A DNA stretch of 64,000 nucleotides from an uncultured virus (IMG/VR IMGVR_UViG_3300033170_000307) (taxonomy: Duplodnaviria > Heunggongvirae > Uroviricota > Caudoviricetes): the IMG/VR virus record IMGVR_UViG_3300033170_000307; one strand, written 5' to 3'. The first letter of the stretch is position 1. Each line of letters opens with the position of its first letter. Shown piece by piece: positions 24,933-35,100 of this stretch. Both the position numbers and the translations under genes were made by a program. The notes beneath the pieces are model-generated. The model did not search any database. It was given only the letters and a program-made list of their open reading frames with translations, and had not been told where the DNA came from.

Positions 24933-27044
24933 TTAGTTCACCTTGACTCTAACCAACCCGCAACCATAGAGTGGGTCGCAGCCTGGGTCGCCCAAGTCTT
25001 GTGCGTCCTTCTGCATCTGAGCCCAGACGAGCTGGGCAATGTCCTTGTGCTCATGGCCCTCGGCCAGGAAGTGTGACCAGTAGACAGCGGCCGCACCAGA
25101 AACGAACGGGCACGCCATGCTGGTGCCGGTGTCGAGGGCGTAGCCTGTCTCGGGCCAGCAGGAGTAGATGTCGCGTCCGGGGGCGCAGATGGCTACGCTC
25201 GGGCCGGGGGAGCTGAAGTTGGAGTGGGCCCTGTCGCGCTCAACGGCAGCGACGGCGATGACTTCTTCCCAACGAGCCGGGAAATCCACCGCGTCGCCCG
25301 TGGCGGGTACACCGTTCCCGTCGTTGCCCGAAGCCGCGAAGATGAGGCAGCCGGCGCGGCGCGCGTCTTGGATGGCATTGTGTACGGTTTCGGGAGGGGT
25401 TTCGTTGGAGCCAAGGCTTAGGTTGATGACCTGGCAGCCGTCTTCCAGGGCGGCATAGATGGCTTTGACGAACCAGTCGAACTCGCCCCAGCCAGTGTCA
25501 GACAGGACCTTGTAGATGCCAAGCTGACAGGAAGGCGCGACGCCGATAATGCCGGCGTCGTTGTCGCGGGCGCCGATGATGCCAGAGACGTGGGTGTTGC
25601 TCACGATGAAGCCATTAGCTACATAGTTGTGGTGCTCGGGAACGGTGAAGTCGTACAACGGGCCATTGTAGGAGGACCGACCCACGGACAGCACCTCGGA
25701 GCTTTTTCTCTCCTTGCGCATCCCCGCGCCAACTGATACTTTGAACCTAAGCTGGGCGTCTAGGGCGCTCCAGCGGCCAACGCGCACCGAATATGATGGC
25801 TTCGCGGTCTTAACCTTGAATCCACCCTCAGAGCGGTTTTCACTGTAGCTCGCCGAAACGCCAATCGTCTTCAGAAGCATGGAGAGCTTTTGGGCAAACT
25901 GGATGGAGCCAGTTGCTATACGGACACGCCGTTGCTCCCCCACACTACCGTCACCTTCTACCAACCCAGCTACGAACGCCGCGATGATGGGCGTAGGCGA
26001 CTTAGCCACAAGCTCAGGAAGTGCAATACACCGCGACTTGTTGCCGGCCGGAATACCAAGCCCGTCCACAAGCATTCTCCACACGTCAACCGAGTGCAGG
26101 CGGGTTTCTATGGGATGACTTGGGGGGCGGCTGCTCGTAATACCGAACAGCTCGGCGGACACCGACTCGAAGATACTAAGAAGCTCTGGGTCTTTTGACG
26201 TGAACGAGACACAAGTGTCGCTCTTGGCCACATGACCGTCTGACACGACCAGCCCAAGCCAATACGCAAGTCGTTCATCCAGGGCGATAGAGCGGTCGGA
26301 TGCTCCTTCATGCCAGTTCCTCCTGTTGCACGAACGACAGGTGGCTCTCTTTCCCCCTTTTGCTTCGTAGCCACACCACCTGCAGACCCAGCGCCGGCTG
26401 AGCGGGATATACACTGTCTCCCCTACTTCGCCCGCTGGCTGGCGCGCTATCGCGACACAATGACCAACCCTGAGTTCGTCGGCCCGAATCCTCTTAACCG
26501 TTTCGGAGCCCGCCCGCGAACCCACCACATAGACGGGGTGCCACGGCGTAAGACGCAATACCCCGTGTCTGGTGACGACATCCACCAGCTCTCCGGCGTA
26601 GGCCAACTTGTGGATGTGGCTGAGATTAGAGGGGACGCACCGTCCGTCTGCGCCCAAAGAGAATGTTTTCAGGCTGTAACGAGACACATCCTTGATGACC
26701 GAACCATCGGGGAGAAGGTGCGCTATGCCTGGGGCTGCGTCGAACAAGGTCTCGATGTTTTGGAGCCCGCATAGAGAAGAGTAGACCATGCTGTCAGGGG
26801 TAACGCACCCGTGGCCGTCGCCATCATCCTTGCTGCCGCCGCTGATGTCATTGAACGTGAAGATGGCATCCTTGAGGTCGGGGTGGTTGCGAGCGCACCC
26901 GGTGTCCAGCACTCCCACCTTGACCCCCTCGCCCTTATGCACGGAAGAGCCAACCATCAACGCGCCCCAGTCAACCATCTGGGCCAACTGGGCCATGACG
27001 AACTTCGGTCGCGAGGGGGTTAGGAAGAAGGCTCCGGTGGACAT
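24933..27044 (-). CDS. Subtilisin-like S8 serine protease interrupted by an intein
   Basis: VGVLDTG (Asp), GHG|THVSG (His motif, split), AASGN, GTSMACP (Ser). Confidence 0.92.
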   Translation of the reverse strand: MSTGAFFLTPSRPKFVMAQLAQMVDWGALMVGSSVHKGEGVKVGVLDTGCARNHPDLKDAIFTFNDISGGSKDDGDGHGCVTPDSMVYSSLCGLQNIETLFDAAPGIAHLLPDGSVIKDVSRYSLKTFSLGADGRCVPSNLSHIHKLAYAGELVDVVTRHGVLRLTPWHPVYVVGSRAGSETVKRIRADELRVGHCVAIARQPAGEVGETVYIPLSRRWVCRWCGYEAKGGKRATCRSCNRRNWHEGASDRSIALDERLAYWLGLVVSDGHVAKSDTCVSFTSKDPELLSIFESVSAELFGITSSRPPSHPIETRLHSVDVWRMLVDGLGIPAGNKSRCIALPELVAKSPTPIIAAFVAGLVEGDGSVGEQRRVRIATGSIQFAQKLSMLLKTIGVSASYSENRSEGGFKVKTAKPSYSVRVGRWSALDAQLRFKVSVGAGMRKERKSSEVLSVGRSSYNGPLYDFTVPEHHNYVANGFIVSNTHVSGIIGARDNDAGIIGVAPSCQLGIYKVLSDTGWGEFDWFVKAIYAALEDGCQVINLSLGSNETPPETVHNAIQDARRAGCLIFAASGNDGNGVPATGDAVDFPARWEEVIAVAAVERDRAHSNFSSPGPSVAICAPGRDIYSCWPETGYALDTGTSMACPFVSGAAAVYWSHFLAEGHEHKDIAQLVWAQMQKDAQDLGDPGCDPLYGCGLVRVKVN
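25596..26807 (-). mobile_element. 404-aa intein with LAGLIDADG homing endonuclease
   Basis: Starts CVTPDS; block B LTPWHP; LAGLIDADG blocks LGLVVSDG and AGLVEGDG; ends YDFTVPEHHNYVANGFIVSN|T. Confidence 0.92.
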
Positions 27045-27053
27045 TGGGTACCT

Positions 27054-27578
27054 CTACTTGGTCATGTGGTCATGGAAGAACTGGAGGATTTCCCTTCCTT
27101 CGATGCCAATGAACTGCAGCATGGAGAAGATGAAGACGATGATACCCACAGTCCAGAGGGTTCTGGAGACCAACACCTTGCGTGCCGCCTCAAAGCTATG
27201 CAGGATACCGAGGGCCTCTGTGAGTTGGGACGCACGAGCGGCTTCCTGCTCGGCCATCTTCTTGAGTATCTCATCTTTGGCCGAGGCGATGAGCGACTCG
27301 ATGACCGCGAAGCGGGAGTCGCGGCTAATGAGAATCTGCGTAATCTGCCCGAAGTGGCCTTCGCATTGGCCGGCGTGACCCCCCACTTGCTCCGAGAGCC
27401 GGAGGAGTCCTTCGCCGATTCCGCTAACCGCTTGCCCCACCAGAAGCCAGCCTGGTAGATTCCCGGAAGTGGCGTCTGGCAAGGATGCCGGCACCAACGA
27501 TTGCGGCTCCGTCGTCGGCGGAGCGCCGGGCGGCGTCTCGGGCTCGTTGGAACGTTTCGTCAACTCGTGGTCCGACAT
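27054..27578 (-). CDS. Hypothetical protein with coiled coil and C-terminal TM helix
   Basis: Hydrophobic segment LWTVGIIVFIFSMLQFIGI. Confidence 0.6.
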   Translation of the reverse strand: MSDHELTKRSNEPETPPGAPPTTEPQSLVPASLPDATSGNLPGWLLVGQAVSGIGEGLLRLSEQVGGHAGQCEGHFGQITQILISRDSRFAVIESLIASAKDEILKKMAEQEAARASQLTEALGILHSFEAARKVLVSRTLWTVGIIVFIFSMLQFIGIEGREILQFFHDHMTK

Positions 27579-27658
27579 TAACGGCCTCCCGTAGCCTGCT
27601 CAGGGTATCCGCCACTACGTGTGCGCGGTTCTCCTCTGGCAGAGCCTGGGCCAAGGGG

Positions 27659-28036
27659 TCATGGGTCGGGAGCGATGGCATTAGAACCTCCACTTTGCTC
27701 TTCTGCCGCCAGTAATTGCCGCAGGAAGTCTTGTTGACCTTGCGGAGAACTTAGCTGAGAAGACAGGCGCCGACCGTCAGCAATGGAAAGCGGCGGCGCT
27801 GTGGGGCCGGGGGTGGCCGGCTTGCTCTCTACTTGCTGCTGTGGTTGCGATGCGGCTCTCTCCCCGCCATCTGTTTGCACTGTGAACCTGTTCTGGCAAG
27901 GGCAGAGAAACATGGCCGCGAAAGAGTTCTTCGAGCGGTCCCATAGAATAGAGACCAGGTGCTTAGGCTGGCACCTGGTGAAGCACTTGGGGCAGGTAAC
28001 CGGCTCTGGGACCCTGGCTTCGATGTTGAACTTCAT
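27659..28036 (-). CDS. Small zinc-finger-like protein
   Basis: MKFNIEARVP start just downstream of a GGAATACTTC motif; CPKC and CPC. Confidence 0.55.
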   Translation of the reverse strand: MKFNIEARVPEPVTCPKCFTRCQPKHLVSILWDRSKNSFAAMFLCPCQNRFTVQTDGGERAASQPQQQVESKPATPGPTAPPLSIADGRRLSSQLSSPQGQQDFLRQLLAAEEQSGGSNAIAPDP

Positions 28037-28077
28037 TGGGTCACACTCTTGGGAAGTATTCCGCGTCGCGGCCGGCT

Positions 28078-31000
28078 CTACCAACCGAACGCCATCCAGT
28101 GCAGCACGCCGGCTTCTGGCACTGTGATGGTAGCGTAAGCTACGTTCACATTGGTTATCTCTACGGCCTCCCCCGTGCTGAGCGTGACTGTCACGCCCGG
28201 CGTCTGCCGGTATGTGGCGCCTGTAGGCAGGTCGGGGACTTCCCGTATCACCCGTCCGGTGTCGAAGCACAGGTAGTAGGTGCCTGTCCCGGTGACTTCT
28301 GAGCGCCCTCCGCAGATGCGCATGTCGGTCTCGACCTGCAGGTCGGCGAAGTCGAAGTTGACCAGGTAGTCGCCTACCGGCATGGTGCGCTTGGGCACGA
28401 CCGCGAACCGGATGTGGGTCTCGTTGGGGCCGATGCCCACAAAGCGGCTCAGGTTGATGTTGGCGGCATTGAGGTCCAGGGCGGCGTCTTCCGGCTGGTC
28501 GGCCAGGACGGCCGGGTTGCCATAGTTGAAGTGGCGCCAGCGGCTCTCCACAACGTCCCAGACAAACAGGCGCACCAGACCTGGGTCTTCGCCGTCCATG
28601 CAGTTGCAGGTACAGGTGAAGAGGAGCCGGCGCAGACCTGAGTTCTTCTTTCTGGGGTCGAACGCGGTAGCCGCGCCGCCATCATCCTTCTGCTCAGCCT
28701 GCCAGGAGAACATGGAGGACACGTCAAAGTCGAACATGGTGACGGGCAAGTAGGGCGTGCCCTTCGGGTATACGGACACGCCGTTGCCGCCACGCTCAGA
28801 GAGCTTGTCCACTTCAGTGCCGGGCCAGACGACCCACGACGCATCGGTTGGTACTGGGATGGACTCCGGGCCCACCAGTTCGTTATAGTGCTCCACGTCG
28901 GCGCTGGAGACGACGTGCGGGATGGGATGCGGAACATCCACATATAAGGTGACCGAATCGGTGGCCACGTTCCCATCCGTGTCGGTGATGGTCGCCGTTA
29001 CGGTGTAGGAGCCGGCGTCGTACCCGGAGAAGTCAATGTTGATGGTTGCCGAGAACGTTGTCCCTGGGACATTGGCGATGGACCATGACGGAGCGCCATT
29101 GCCTTCCACGATGACGTAGATGGACGCGATGCCTTCTGCGTCGCTGGCTTCGAGCTCTACCGGGATTGGGGCGCTATAGTCGGGCTCAGCGGGGGCCGTC
29201 AGCGAAATGGTCGGCGGGTGGCCGGTCACTCCACCATTCGCCACATTGACTGTGATGGTCGCGGTTCCCATCAGGCCGTTCGGGTTGCTCGCGAACGCGG
29301 TGATGGTAAGAGGCCCGTTAGGCAACTTCGTTGTGTCCACGACCGAGCTGGTATTGGTCACCGATGCCGGCGTGTTGGGGTAGGAGTAGTTGAACCCCTG
29401 GCTACCTGCCAAAACGACCAGCGTGCTGACGCCATCTTCAGCGTCTGCAACGGTCACATCTATGGTCAGGGAGCCGGTGACATTGGAGCCGGCCGTGGGC
29501 GCATTGAACGTGATGGTGGGCGGGGTGCCGCCGCCACCGTGGTTGTCGGTGGTGAAGACTCTCGTTGCGGTCGCCGAAGACCCATGGTTGTCGGTCACAA
29601 TCAGACTGAGAGTGTGCTGGCTATCGCCTAGCGGCGCCGTGTCGAGCGAGGACGTGGTGCTCCAGGTGGTGGTCCCGAGACCCCCCAGCGTCCACTCCTG
29701 TATCATGTTGCCATCCAGGTAGAGAGCCGCATGCGACATCCCGTGGTCATCCGTGGCGGACACGGCAATGCTCAGCGTGCCGGTGATGACTTGCCCTGCC
29801 GTGGGGGCAGTAATGGTTGGTACCGGGGGGAGATTGGTCGTGTCTTCCCCAGTGACCACGGAGGCCGTCCAGGGGCCATTGGTCAGGCCGGTCTCCCGCC
29901 CGCTGTTGTTACGCACCCACAGCTTCAGGGTATAGGTGCCGGCTGGCAGGCCGGTCTGGGTGTGACTGCTGAGAGCAGAATCCACCCATTGCGTATCGTG
30001 GACGACAGTCGAGCCGTCCATGAGCTTCAGCCGGTACTGGGCCTGCTCGTACCCGTCCGGGTCTCGGTAGACCCAACTGGCAACGTACCCCGCCGCGTTC
30101 CCAGACGCCATGAGTCCGGTGACGACGGGGTGCGGGTCGAACTTCCACACGTACTGGCCGCTTATCACATCGTCAGCCATGCCTACGGCCACGAGTGGGT
30201 TGCCGCTCAAATAGCAGTAGTAGACACCGAAAGTGGTTCTCCACTGGGCCCCGTACTCGGTCTGGTAGTAGTACGTCGATTCTCTCATGGAGAACTGGGG
30301 CATGAGCGGATTGCTGACGACGAAGCCATCATCACCCAGCGCCCAACGGATGCTAGCCCCGACGCCTTGGCGAGTTGTTTCTTGGAAACCGTAATGGATG
30401 CTCCCCAGCGTGTCTATGTGGACCAGGCCGGTTCTCTCATCCAGACCAAACCCCCCGATGGGCAAAGTTGGGAAGTAGACGGTGTCGGACAGTTCTGCTA
30501 CGGTACCGTCTTCCCCCACCGATAGGGGCGTGTTGCCCAGGATGACCATGAAGTCGGAGAGGTTCAGCCAGGGCAGAGCGTAAGCGTAAGGCACAATCCA
30601 AAGGTACCCCTCTGTGCTCGGTTCTGGGATTCGGACCCCGATGGTCGCCGCGTCTGTGGATACCCACTCGGTGATGAATGTTGTTCTGTCGGGCTGTTCC
30701 GTCAGGTCCCAACTGATGAGCATTGTTGGTTTACTGTACGTTGTCAGGTCCTGACGATATTTGACGAAGGCGTAGAGTTTGCCGTCCCGCTGCAGGAATT
30801 GGGTGAAGAGGCCGTTGCTGATGTCCCAGGGAGTGCCTTCTTTCCTGCCCTCAACGAACACATTCTTCGTAGTCACGAGAGTAGCCGTCCCAGCGTTGGG
30901 GTCAATGGCATACTTCTTGAAAATGAGCTGCTCAGCACTGTCGCTGGGCGATATCCAGTTCTGGTACGTGAAGTTAGAAGTGTCCACGGTCCAGATGTGG

Positions 31001-32130
31001 ATGTCGTCCCCAGCACCGAAGATGCCGACTCCATATGCGATGGCGGGGCCTTCGACCGCGAACCAGTTCTCATTGGCGATGTCGTAGAGCATGAAGCTGT
31101 AGCCTAGCCCGCTGTTGCTATGGAGCGCGGCAATCACGAAGTCGGTCCCCCCGATAGAGGCGCGCCCGACGCCGTATGCGCCGAAGCTAATATTCCCGTA
31201 CTGGTAATCGAAGGCCGGCCCCCGGCTGAACCCGCCAGGATATGGGGTAGACGGTAGGTCTTCTTCAGTGATGATGGTGAGGGGTATGTACGCCAGCTTG
31301 GTACCGTGCGTGACCACGAATCGGGCATCGGTTACCTCCAGGCCGGTTACTTCAACTTCGGCCGTCGCTTGGCCGGCGACCAGCGTTGTTGAGCCAACCT
31401 CCCGCTCTCCGCCAGGGCCCGGCCCAGCGGTGATGACTAGCTCGTCATTCTCCAGGGCCCCCTCGATGCCGGCTATCTGAGCCGTGAAGCTGAGCCCTTC
31501 GTGCACAGACCCCTTGGCGGGGTAGACCCAGTGCAGAGCGTAGATGTTGACCGTAGCCTGGCGCAGGAAGAGAACGGTTCCGGCTGATGGGTAGTAGTAA
31601 GCCCCCAACAGCACATTGTCCCCGGTCTCCCCTTCAGCCAGACAGGGCACGGTGGCGGATGTTTGGCCGGCCGCCACGGCCTGGGTGCCGATGAGAGTAG
31701 TAGGCACACCACCCTCGATGGTGTAGACCCGGATGGCCCCGCTCTTATTGAGCACCAGGCTGGAGAGCTGGACATCAAACTCCATGCCGAAGGTAGAAGC
31801 TGGGGTGGGAGCATCCCAGTTGGCCAGCTTCAGCGTTGGCGAAGTACACTCTTCCAGAACCGTGTTGCTGGAGTTGAAGTGCTTCACGGTGAAGGTCGCG
31901 TCGCCGCCACCCGCATTGTCACCACAGTTGCAGGCGACCTTGCGGTAGGCCCAGTTGGCGACCGTGATGTTGAGGGCCTCATCGTAGTGTCCAATCTCGG
32001 CCGGGCCGCCCTGCGCCTCGTTCCAGTAGACCTTGATGTAGTCGCCGGAATTGAAGTTGACGCCAATGGCAAACTGGGCGTCGAACTTGGTGCCGACGCA
32101 TCGAATGGCGTTGGGTGAATACCAGTTCAT
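28078..32130 (-). CDS. Large virion-type protein with tandem Ig-like domains
   Basis: 1350 aa; repeated PPT(I/V)T..P..G..VTG Ig-like units (about three) plus an FN3-like segment. Confidence 0.7.
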   Translation of the reverse strand: MNWYSPNAIRCVGTKFDAQFAIGVNFNSGDYIKVYWNEAQGGPAEIGHYDEALNITVANWAYRKVACNCGDNAGGGDATFTVKHFNSSNTVLEECTSPTLKLANWDAPTPASTFGMEFDVQLSSLVLNKSGAIRVYTIEGGVPTTLIGTQAVAAGQTSATVPCLAEGETGDNVLLGAYYYPSAGTVLFLRQATVNIYALHWVYPAKGSVHEGLSFTAQIAGIEGALENDELVITAGPGPGGEREVGSTTLVAGQATAEVEVTGLEVTDARFVVTHGTKLAYIPLTIITEEDLPSTPYPGGFSRGPAFDYQYGNISFGAYGVGRASIGGTDFVIAALHSNSGLGYSFMLYDIANENWFAVEGPAIAYGVGIFGAGDDIHIWTVDTSNFTYQNWISPSDSAEQLIFKKYAIDPNAGTATLVTTKNVFVEGRKEGTPWDISNGLFTQFLQRDGKLYAFVKYRQDLTTYSKPTMLISWDLTEQPDRTTFITEWVSTDAATIGVRIPEPSTEGYLWIVPYAYALPWLNLSDFMVILGNTPLSVGEDGTVAELSDTVYFPTLPIGGFGLDERTGLVHIDTLGSIHYGFQETTRQGVGASIRWALGDDGFVVSNPLMPQFSMRESTYYYQTEYGAQWRTTFGVYYCYLSGNPLVAVGMADDVISGQYVWKFDPHPVVTGLMASGNAAGYVASWVYRDPDGYEQAQYRLKLMDGSTVVHDTQWVDSALSSHTQTGLPAGTYTLKLWVRNNSGRETGLTNGPWTASVVTGEDTTNLPPVPTITAPTAGQVITGTLSIAVSATDDHGMSHAALYLDGNMIQEWTLGGLGTTTWSTTSSLDTAPLGDSQHTLSLIVTDNHGSSATATRVFTTDNHGGGGTPPTITFNAPTAGSNVTGSLTIDVTVADAEDGVSTLVVLAGSQGFNYSYPNTPASVTNTSSVVDTTKLPNGPLTITAFASNPNGLMGTATITVNVANGGVTGHPPTISLTAPAEPDYSAPIPVELEASDAEGIASIYVIVEGNGAPSWSIANVPGTTFSATINIDFSGYDAGSYTVTATITDTDGNVATDSVTLYVDVPHPIPHVVSSADVEHYNELVGPESIPVPTDASWVVWPGTEVDKLSERGGNGVSVYPKGTPYLPVTMFDFDVSSMFSWQAEQKDDGGAATAFDPRKKNSGLRRLLFTCTCNCMDGEDPGLVRLFVWDVVESRWRHFNYGNPAVLADQPEDAALDLNAANINLSRFVGIGPNETHIRFAVVPKRTMPVGDYLVNFDFADLQVETDMRICGGRSEVTGTGTYYLCFDTGRVIREVPDLPTGATYRQTPGVTVTLSTGEAVEITNVNVAYATITVPEAGVLHWMAFGW

Positions 32131-32144
32131 CTAGTCCCTCCGGC

Positions 32145-35100
32145 TTACTTGCGGAAGTTGAACACGTGCGTGAAGTGCTGGTCGGAGAAGACACTCTCCG
32201 ACAGGACGCCCACCGCATCTGCGGGAGGCGGAGCGTTCTGGATACCGCGCAGGTCCACCATGTCGTCGGCAAAAGTCCCGGCGTCCTTGTCCCAGGAAAT
32301 CTGCATCACGGCCGGGCCTGTGCTCGGCCAACCACTGGCGCAGTAGACCCATGAGAAGGTAGGGGCGCCGTTGGCGTCGGCGGTAGCCACCAGGTAGTAG
32401 CGTCCGCTCTCTCCCCCCGGAGTGCCGGCTTCGCCGACCTCCAACCTCTCTATCTCAACTCCATCGCACCAATAGGCACCGATGCCCACCGTAACCTTCG
32501 TGCTGCTGACACGCGTGGGCGTGCAGCCGAACAGGAAGCTGTTGCGCATCAGGGGGCCGAGCTCGGCTTGGAGCTTGGCCAGCTCAACGCGGTGTTCGAC
32601 GCCCTCGTCGCCAGTGAAGATGACGGGGTTGAGGTTCGCGATGTAGGAGCACCAGCCGTCGTCGGCATCCTTGATGGGCCGGTCGCCCCGGATGACGATG
32701 CGCGCCAACTCCAGGCAGCGCAACTGCTGCGGGGGCGGGGTCGCGGTGGCACCCTCAGCGCCGGTGTAGACCGCGAAGCTGTTGCCGGCTGTGAGCTGGC
32801 AGCTATCGGTGCGCAGTAGCCAGTGCCGGTAGGTGACCTCATAGTCGCTCGCGATGTAGGGGTCGAAGCCAGAGCAGCGCCAGTCAATGCGGTCCTGCCC
32901 CACCTCGTAATCGTGCTCCACGTAGAACGAGTAGAATGTCGTCTCGTCGTCCACCGTCTCGAAAGTCCCATCTGGGAGCTCAACGAGACGGAAGTTGTCG
33001 AACTTCGCGGTGCCGGTCTTGTCGGCCAGCAGGATGGTGACTTCTCCGTAGCTCAGGTGCTTTTCGGGGATGAAGTTGTAGACCTTCTCTTCCCATGAAC
33101 ACGAGCCCACATCCAGCATGATGGTGTTGTCGGCTTCCAGTTCGTTGTCCACGTTCCACAGCCGCAGGCGGACGGAGAAGTTCTCGTCCTGCTCGCCCTC
33201 GGTGATGTTGCGCCAGTAGTCAAACGAGAAGCGCACCGGCCGCTTCAGGAACGCCGTGCCAGAGTCCTGGTCAATGGCGAAGCGCTGGCGTACCCGGATG
33301 GTGTCCGACCCTCCATTGCTGAGCGACAGGCACTTTGACCGGAAGTCATTGTAGAAGCCGGAGTCCATTTCCGTGCGGCTGCCGGTGTCAATGTTGTCCA
33401 GCCAGTCCCAGTCCTTGTACCAGTTGTACTTGTTGGCCAGGGAGTCGGCCTGAGAGCTGTCCCAACTGGCCGAGCCCTGTACGACTTCCCAACCGTAAGG
33501 CATGCCGGTGCCATGTTCGAAGTGGCCGTTGTAGACCTTATTGGGAACCATCCACCGCCCGTTCTCCAGGACCCAGACGCACACGAAGTCGGTGGAGAGT
33601 TCCGAGCCGCGCGTTCCGTCTGCGGCCAGCGGGTTGTAGACGCGGATGTAGATGTAGTCATCTGTCTGGCGGTAGTCGTCCAGGTTGCTCGTTACCTGGC
33701 CTTCCAGCCGTATAGCGACATCCGTGCCGAGGTTGTCTTCGTCGTAGTCGGCCAGGGTCTCCCATGAACTTCCGTTCCATATCTGAAGGATGGCCCCGTA
33801 GCTGATGTCGTTGTTGGCGTCGGGCTTCTCTCCGGTACCGTCCCAACGCGCTTTGATGCGGGCCACCGTGCCACCATTGGTGACGTGACGGAAGGCGAAC
33901 ACGTGCATCATGTAGTGGCCGTTGTCGGGCGAAGATTCACTGGTGGCCGCGATGCCATCAGAGAACATCATGTTCTCGTAGCTCTCGTACTCACCGGTGA
34001 GGACGGGCTCGCCGTTGACTTCGAAGCCATCGCTGTCGAACTCTTCTGCCGCGCCCGGCAGGGACTCGGGGTCCACTGCCAGCGAGGTGTACGAGAGGTG
34101 CCAGGCGCGGTTGGTGTGAGCCGCGCCGTGCGCGCGCCGGAAGGTGTGGTCGCACCAGGCGTTGGCCTTGATGCGCGAGACGCTCTGCAGTGGAAACTGC
34201 AGCCCCTCGATGGGGCTCAGGTGAGACCAAAGGTTGAAGTAGTTGGCCTCGGCGGATTCCTGCGGCAGACTGATGAACGGATGGAAGTTCGGGTTCTCGT
34301 CGTTGGTGGCGGCGATGGCGCCCGGCCGCGACACCTCGTAGGTCTTGTAGCTGCTAGCCATGGCGTCAGGCAGCACTCGCTGACCGGAAATGTAGGCCCG
34401 GCTGGTGGTGGCAGTAGACAGGTCCACAGAGCGCGATGGGGTGGCCTTGGCGACAACACTGACATCCGCCGCGAGCAGCCCTTCCCCGCCTAGCTCGTTG
34501 AAGTATGCCAGAAGATTGTTGTCTACCACCACAACTGGGTCTTCCCCGTCATCTCCTCCGGTATCGGGCTGCCCCTGCACGGTGCGCATGTCGTATATTG
34601 CGGTCTGCGGAACCCGTGAAGCAGCCACCAGGTCAGCGGTCATTTCCACGTAGGCGATGAGGATGGTGCCGGCTGGGCGGTCTGGCGGCTCGGAGACCTC
34701 GGTAAGCGCCACTGGGGTACCCAGAGCATTGTAGACGACGCCCTCGGTGTCCATGTAGATGATGTCGCGACGGTGTTCACTGTCGGCCAGACTGCCGAAG
34801 TTGTAGGTCAGCAGAGAGCCGGCATACTCGCGGCGGTAGCCGAGAGCGTAGTAGACGCCCGAGCCCACACGCACGATGGAGGAGCCGGCCGCCGAGGGGT
34901 AGGCATAGGCGCGGCAGCCGCTGCTCACCACATTGCCGTGCAACTCATAGGTACGCATGCGGAGGTTCTCAACAAGGCTGGACGCGTCTTCGCGAGCGGC
35001 CTGGCCCTCATCGCCTGTCCAGATGACCTGGCGCCGGTCGTACAGAGCATTGTCGTTGTCGGCCGCCTCGGTGGACGCCACCACGGCCCCTTCATGCCTA

